Shown in pieces: positions 60,199 through 64,000 of a stretch of DNA of 64,000 nucleotides. The stretch comes from Ignavibacteriota bacterium (GTDB lineage Bacteria > Bacteroidota > Ignavibacteria > Palsa-1295): the NCBI GenBank assembly GCA_963787835.1, contig CAWBEI010000003.1, positions 416,001-480,000 of the forward strand, read 5' to 3'. The notes under the pieces are model-generated. The model was not told the origin of the DNA. It did no database searches and saw only the letters and a list, made by a program, of their open reading frames with translations. How positions within the stretch are numbered: position 1 is the stretch's first letter; the number at the start of each line of letters is the position of its first letter. The position numbers and the translations under genes were made by a program.

Positions 60199-61224
60199 TT
60201 ACTCCTTGATTAATCGTTCGATCATTTCCACGCTGGAAAGACCTTCCGCTTCCGCATTGAAATTTGTGATGATGCGGTGACGGAGCACCGGCAATGCCAA
60301 CGCACGCACATCTTCTATCGAGGGGGTATATCGCCCATTCAATACGGCGCGCACTTTAGCGCCCAACACCAGATATTGCGAGGCACGAGGTCCGGCACCA
60401 TAACTAACATACTTCGAGATAAAATCTGGAGTTCCCGCGCGTTTTGGGCGCGTTTTTCCAGCCAGACGAACAGCGTACGCAATGACGTTCTCAGCAACGG
60501 GAACCGTACGAACCAAATCCTGAAACGCGCAGATCTCGTTGGCATCCATCACTTTCGTGAGACTCGCGTGATATTCGCTCGTCGTCGTGCGAACGATCTC
60601 CATCTCTTCCTGCTCGGTCGGATAATCGAGCCACAGATTGAACATAAAACGATCGAGTTGTGCCTCCGGCAGTGGGTAAGTTCCCTCTTGCTCGATGGGA
60701 TTCTGCGTAGCCAACACGAAGAATGGCTCCGCAAGCGTATAGGTAATGTTGGCTGCTGTTACGCGGTGCTCCTGCATGGCTTCCAACAGAGCGGCCTGTG
60801 TTTTTGGAGGTGTGCGATTTACTTCATCCGCAAGAATAATATTGGCGAATACCGGTCCGCGAATAAAGCGAAAATCCTTGCCACCCGTTGTAAGATTTTG
60901 CTCGAGGATCTCCGTGCCGGTAATATCCGTCGGCATAAGATCTGGGGTGAACTGAATGCGGCTGAACGTGAGGTGCAACACATCACTGACGGTACGAATT
61001 AGGAGGGTCTTGGCAAGACCCGGCACTCCGACCAGCAAACAATGACCGCGCGCAAGCAAGGCGATCATTAACTGATCGATCACAGCTTCCTGACCGACTA
61101 TAACCTTCCCTACTTCACGTTTTAATTGTTGAAATTTATGAACGAGATCGCTTGCAGCCTCGATCTCCCTTCCATTAGAAGATGGTTGCACCCGAGAAGT
61201 AAGTTCTGTCGTGGATTGAGCCAT
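60199..61224 (-). CDS. MoxR-family AAA+ ATPase
   Basis: GVPGLAKT, RIQFTPDLMP.D, DEVNR, ATQNPIEQEGTYPLPEAQLDRF. Confidence 0.96.
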   Translation of the reverse strand: MAQSTTELTSRVQPSSNGREIEAASDLVHKFQQLKREVGKVIVGQEAVIDQLMIALLARGHCLLVGVPGLAKTLLIRTVSDVLHLTFSRIQFTPDLMPTDITGTEILEQNLTTGGKDFRFIRGPVFANIILADEVNRTPPKTQAALLEAMQEHRVTAANITYTLAEPFFVLATQNPIEQEGTYPLPEAQLDRFMFNLWLDYPTEQEEMEIVRTTTSEYHASLTKVMDANEICAFQDLVRTVPVAENVIAYAVRLAGKTRPKRAGTPDFISKYVSYGAGPRASQYLVLGAKVRAVLNGRYTPSIEDVRALALPVLRHRIITNFNAEAEGLSSVEMIERLIKE

Positions 61225-61231
61225 TAGAATC

Positions 61232-62620
61232 CTATAGAGTGACTGGTTTTTCTATGACCGTTCCCTCATCGTTAAATACATTCATTTCACCAAATTCACC
61301 CATGCCGGCTTCAAGCGCCTGCACGTCGCCACTTGCCGCGATGACAAGCTGACTCGGATGGAGATATTCCCTGGCGATCCTATAGAGATCGACGGATGTG
61401 ATCGCCGAAAGTTTCTCACGATAGGTGTCCCAGTAATCGTGGTCCAGCCCATAGAGCACAAGTGTTGCCACGCGGCCTGCGACCTGCTGAGGCGTTTCGA
61501 TCTGAAGCGGAAAATTTCCGATCATGTAATTCTTCACCATCTGGAGTTCCTCTTCGGGAACTTGTTCCACGGTCAAGCGCGTGATCTCGCTCACAATTTC
61601 CTCGACCGCTCGGGTGGTGACCTCCGTACGCACTTCAGTGGAAACAACGAACGGCCCCGGCTCGATTCGTGCATCGAACGCACTCCTTGCTCCGTAGGTA
61701 TATCCATGCACTTCCCGAAGATTGAGATTGATGCGGGAATTAAAATACCCTCCCAACAGTACGTTCAAAACCGAGACTGGAATATAATCAGGACTGTTCC
61801 GAGGAATACCGACATGGCCCACCCGAAGCGCAGACTGTACTGCCCCCTCGCGATTAATAAGACCAACCTGACTCGAAGCCCTTAAACTGACATCCCCGAA
61901 ACTCACCTTTGGATGCGTGCCTCCAGACCAGGTTGACAAGTTCGCCTCCATCAATGAGCGCAAATGCTCTGAACGTACATCACCGGCAGCCACCATGAAG
62001 GCATTCGAAGGGGTAATGTATTTTTTGGCAAAACCGGTTATATCGGCACGGCTCATCTCGGTGATAGATCGCTCGGTTCCCATGGATTGCTGACCATAGG
62101 GATGTCCGGGAAAAACCATATTGGAGAATACCATATCGGCCAGGAACCCTGCGTCGGCTTTTGCCTGACGTAAACTTGCAAGCCGCTGCAACCGCATTCG
62201 CTCGATCTCCTCTTCAGGGTACGTCGAAAACTGGATGACATCTGCAAGAAGATCAATAGCCACATCGAGATATTTGCTCAGCACGCTGACATTGATCGTC
62301 ATGGTATCCCAGCCAGCCGATGCACTCAGCGAACCGCCGACAAAATCAATTTCTTCCGCGATCTGAGTAGCATTCCTTCGGGCAGTTCCCTTCGTCAAAA
62401 GATCGGCAACCATGCACACAAGCCCTTCGCGATTCCGAGGATCTAATGCGGAACCCGCGCGAAGAAAAAGCGACAAGGATACGATCGGCTGTTCGTGATT
62501 TGGTACGGTCCAAACATCGATCCCATTAGAAATGGGTATGCGCTCGAACGAAGGAAAAAAGACCTTGGGTGTTGGCGCTGCTTTGGGTGGGATCGAGCGA
62601 TCCAATATGTAATCGTTCAT
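61232..62620 (-). CDS. M16 peptidase, non-catalytic subunit
   Basis: M16 fold motifs (LTKGT, LGG.FNSR..NLRE.HGYTYG) without HxxEH. ATGA overlap with the upstream partner. Confidence 0.9.
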   Translation of the reverse strand: MNDYILDRSIPPKAAPTPKVFFPSFERIPISNGIDVWTVPNHEQPIVSLSLFLRAGSALDPRNREGLVCMVADLLTKGTARRNATQIAEEIDFVGGSLSASAGWDTMTINVSVLSKYLDVAIDLLADVIQFSTYPEEEIERMRLQRLASLRQAKADAGFLADMVFSNMVFPGHPYGQQSMGTERSITEMSRADITGFAKKYITPSNAFMVAAGDVRSEHLRSLMEANLSTWSGGTHPKVSFGDVSLRASSQVGLINREGAVQSALRVGHVGIPRNSPDYIPVSVLNVLLGGYFNSRINLNLREVHGYTYGARSAFDARIEPGPFVVSTEVRTEVTTRAVEEIVSEITRLTVEQVPEEELQMVKNYMIGNFPLQIETPQQVAGRVATLVLYGLDHDYWDTYREKLSAITSVDLYRIAREYLHPSQLVIAASGDVQALEAGMGEFGEMNVFNDEGTVIEKPVTL

Positions 62621-63957
62621 GGATTCATTTGTTCTATTGGCACATTCGGGTTCATGGAATAGACGATCGTGCAACGATTGGCTACGGCAAGATAGCGCTC
62701 CGCTGCGGCGCGTATCTCATCTATGGTGATGGAGTTATACTCTTCCAAAAGATGGTTCACTCGTCCAGCATTATTAAACATAAGTGCAGCATGGGCGAGC
62801 TGATCGGCCTTTCCGTGCATCGTGACGCGGCTTGCTACGAACATCGCCTCTGTTTTATTCTTAGCCTTTTGCAATTCCTCCGCGCTGACGCCATGCTCCA
62901 CCAGATCGCGGACGATCGCTTCTAAAGCTGTTTCTAATTCATCCGTTCCTCCGTCGGGTGAGCTATGCACCGCTAAGATATAGAGCAGCCCAGGCATCTC
63001 GCGCCCATCGACGTAAGCGGCTGCTTCTGAAGCAATTTGCTGATCATACACCAGCAATCGATACAAGCGTGAACTTTCACCACTCGATATGATCGTGGTT
63101 AAGAGATCAAGCGCCAGATATTCCCGCGATCCTTCGGCCGGAATACGATACGCATAAAAAACAGCTGGCAGTGGAACGGGTTCCGAATCAACGAGCTCCC
63201 GACGTTCACCAATATTCGTTGACTCATCAAACTCCGGTTGATGGATCGCGTGCGCTTCAGGATTATTGATCTCTCCAAAGTAATGCTTAATTCGTGACAG
63301 CGCGATCGAGGGATCGAAATCTCCCGCTAACACGAGCACCGCATTGGAAGGAAGATAAAATGTTTCGAAAAAGTTACGAACATCATCCACGGTTGCGGCA
63401 TCGATCGTTTCCATATCACCAATCACGGCCCATCGGTACGGAAAGGATTGATACGCTAAACGGTTCATCCGAATGGTCATCGAGCCATAAGGAGTATTGT
63501 CATAACGCTCCCTCTTTTCTTCTTTGACGACCTGCTTTTGGGTCGCTAATCCAACATCCGATACCGCAAACTCCAGCAGCCGGTCACTTTCAAGCCATAG
63601 GGCCAGATCTAACTGATTCGAAGGCAGAACCTCGTAATAGTTGGTTTTATCCTCGGTGGTATAGGCGTTATCATTCCCGCCCGCCTGCGTGATATAGACG
63701 TCAAACGCACCGCGAGGAATGTTCTTCGATCCGTCGAACAATAGATGCTCGAAAAGATGTGCGAAACCGCGACGGCTGCTATCCTCATTTTTGCTACCGA
63801 CGTGATACGCAATATTAAGGCAAACAACCGCTGACGTATGATCCTCATGAAGAATCACGCGCAAACCATTGGTTAAGCGATGTTCCTCGAAATCGATAAA
63901 CCCAGTGGGCACGGTTCCTTGAGCGTTCGTAATGGTATCGAGTGTGGTTTCTCTCAT
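62617..63957 (-). CDS. M16 peptidase, catalytic subunit
   Basis: YHVGSKNE..GFAHLFEHL (HxxEH), NAYT..D.TNY, LWLESDR. Confidence 0.93.
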   Translation of the reverse strand: MRETTLDTITNAQGTVPTGFIDFEEHRLTNGLRVILHEDHTSAVVCLNIAYHVGSKNEDSSRRGFAHLFEHLLFDGSKNIPRGAFDVYITQAGGNDNAYTTEDKTNYYEVLPSNQLDLALWLESDRLLEFAVSDVGLATQKQVVKEEKRERYDNTPYGSMTIRMNRLAYQSFPYRWAVIGDMETIDAATVDDVRNFFETFYLPSNAVLVLAGDFDPSIALSRIKHYFGEINNPEAHAIHQPEFDESTNIGERRELVDSEPVPLPAVFYAYRIPAEGSREYLALDLLTTIISSGESSRLYRLLVYDQQIASEAAAYVDGREMPGLLYILAVHSSPDGGTDELETALEAIVRDLVEHGVSAEELQKAKNKTEAMFVASRVTMHGKADQLAHAALMFNNAGRVNHLLEEYNSITIDEIRAAAERYLAVANRCTIVYSMNPNVPIEQMNP

Positions 63958-64000
63958 TTGGGAATAACAGTACCAACGACACAATGGGAACGGTTCAGAT

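Overview
64-kb chromosomal window from a Bacteroidota-related (Kapabacteria/Ignavibacteria-like) bacterium. The lineage is inferred from many type IX secretion (T9SS) C-terminal domains, a PorU-like C25 peptidase/PorV-family pair and TAnnTTTG-type promoter elements. Housekeeping genes (gcvP 5' end, tRNA-Pro, rpsA, metK, dcd, purF, fabI, era, tRNA-Ser, a YbhG/F/S/R-like ABC exporter, MoxR/BatA, an M16 peptidase pair) alternate with about nine large T9SS cargo genes. No integrase, transposase, prophage or CRISPR array is visible. The most interesting region is 9.5-12 kb. It holds a Cys-rich HYC_CC_PP/DUF2946-like leader ORF whose stop overlaps a terminator-like hairpin, directly upstream of a tiny signal-peptide-bearing metallothionein-like peptide with 10 Cys, and a putative TA pair bracketed by direct repeats made of a T9SS CTD-coding tail. 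Other points: a palindromic repeat appears to supply the signal peptide of the PorV-family gene; a heptamer tract could frame-switch a 1515-aa surface protein; a hairpin-dense intergenic region precedes gcvP; two antitoxins are orphans; and three +1 frameshifts may be assembly errors. All family assignments come from motif recognition by eye, not database searches.
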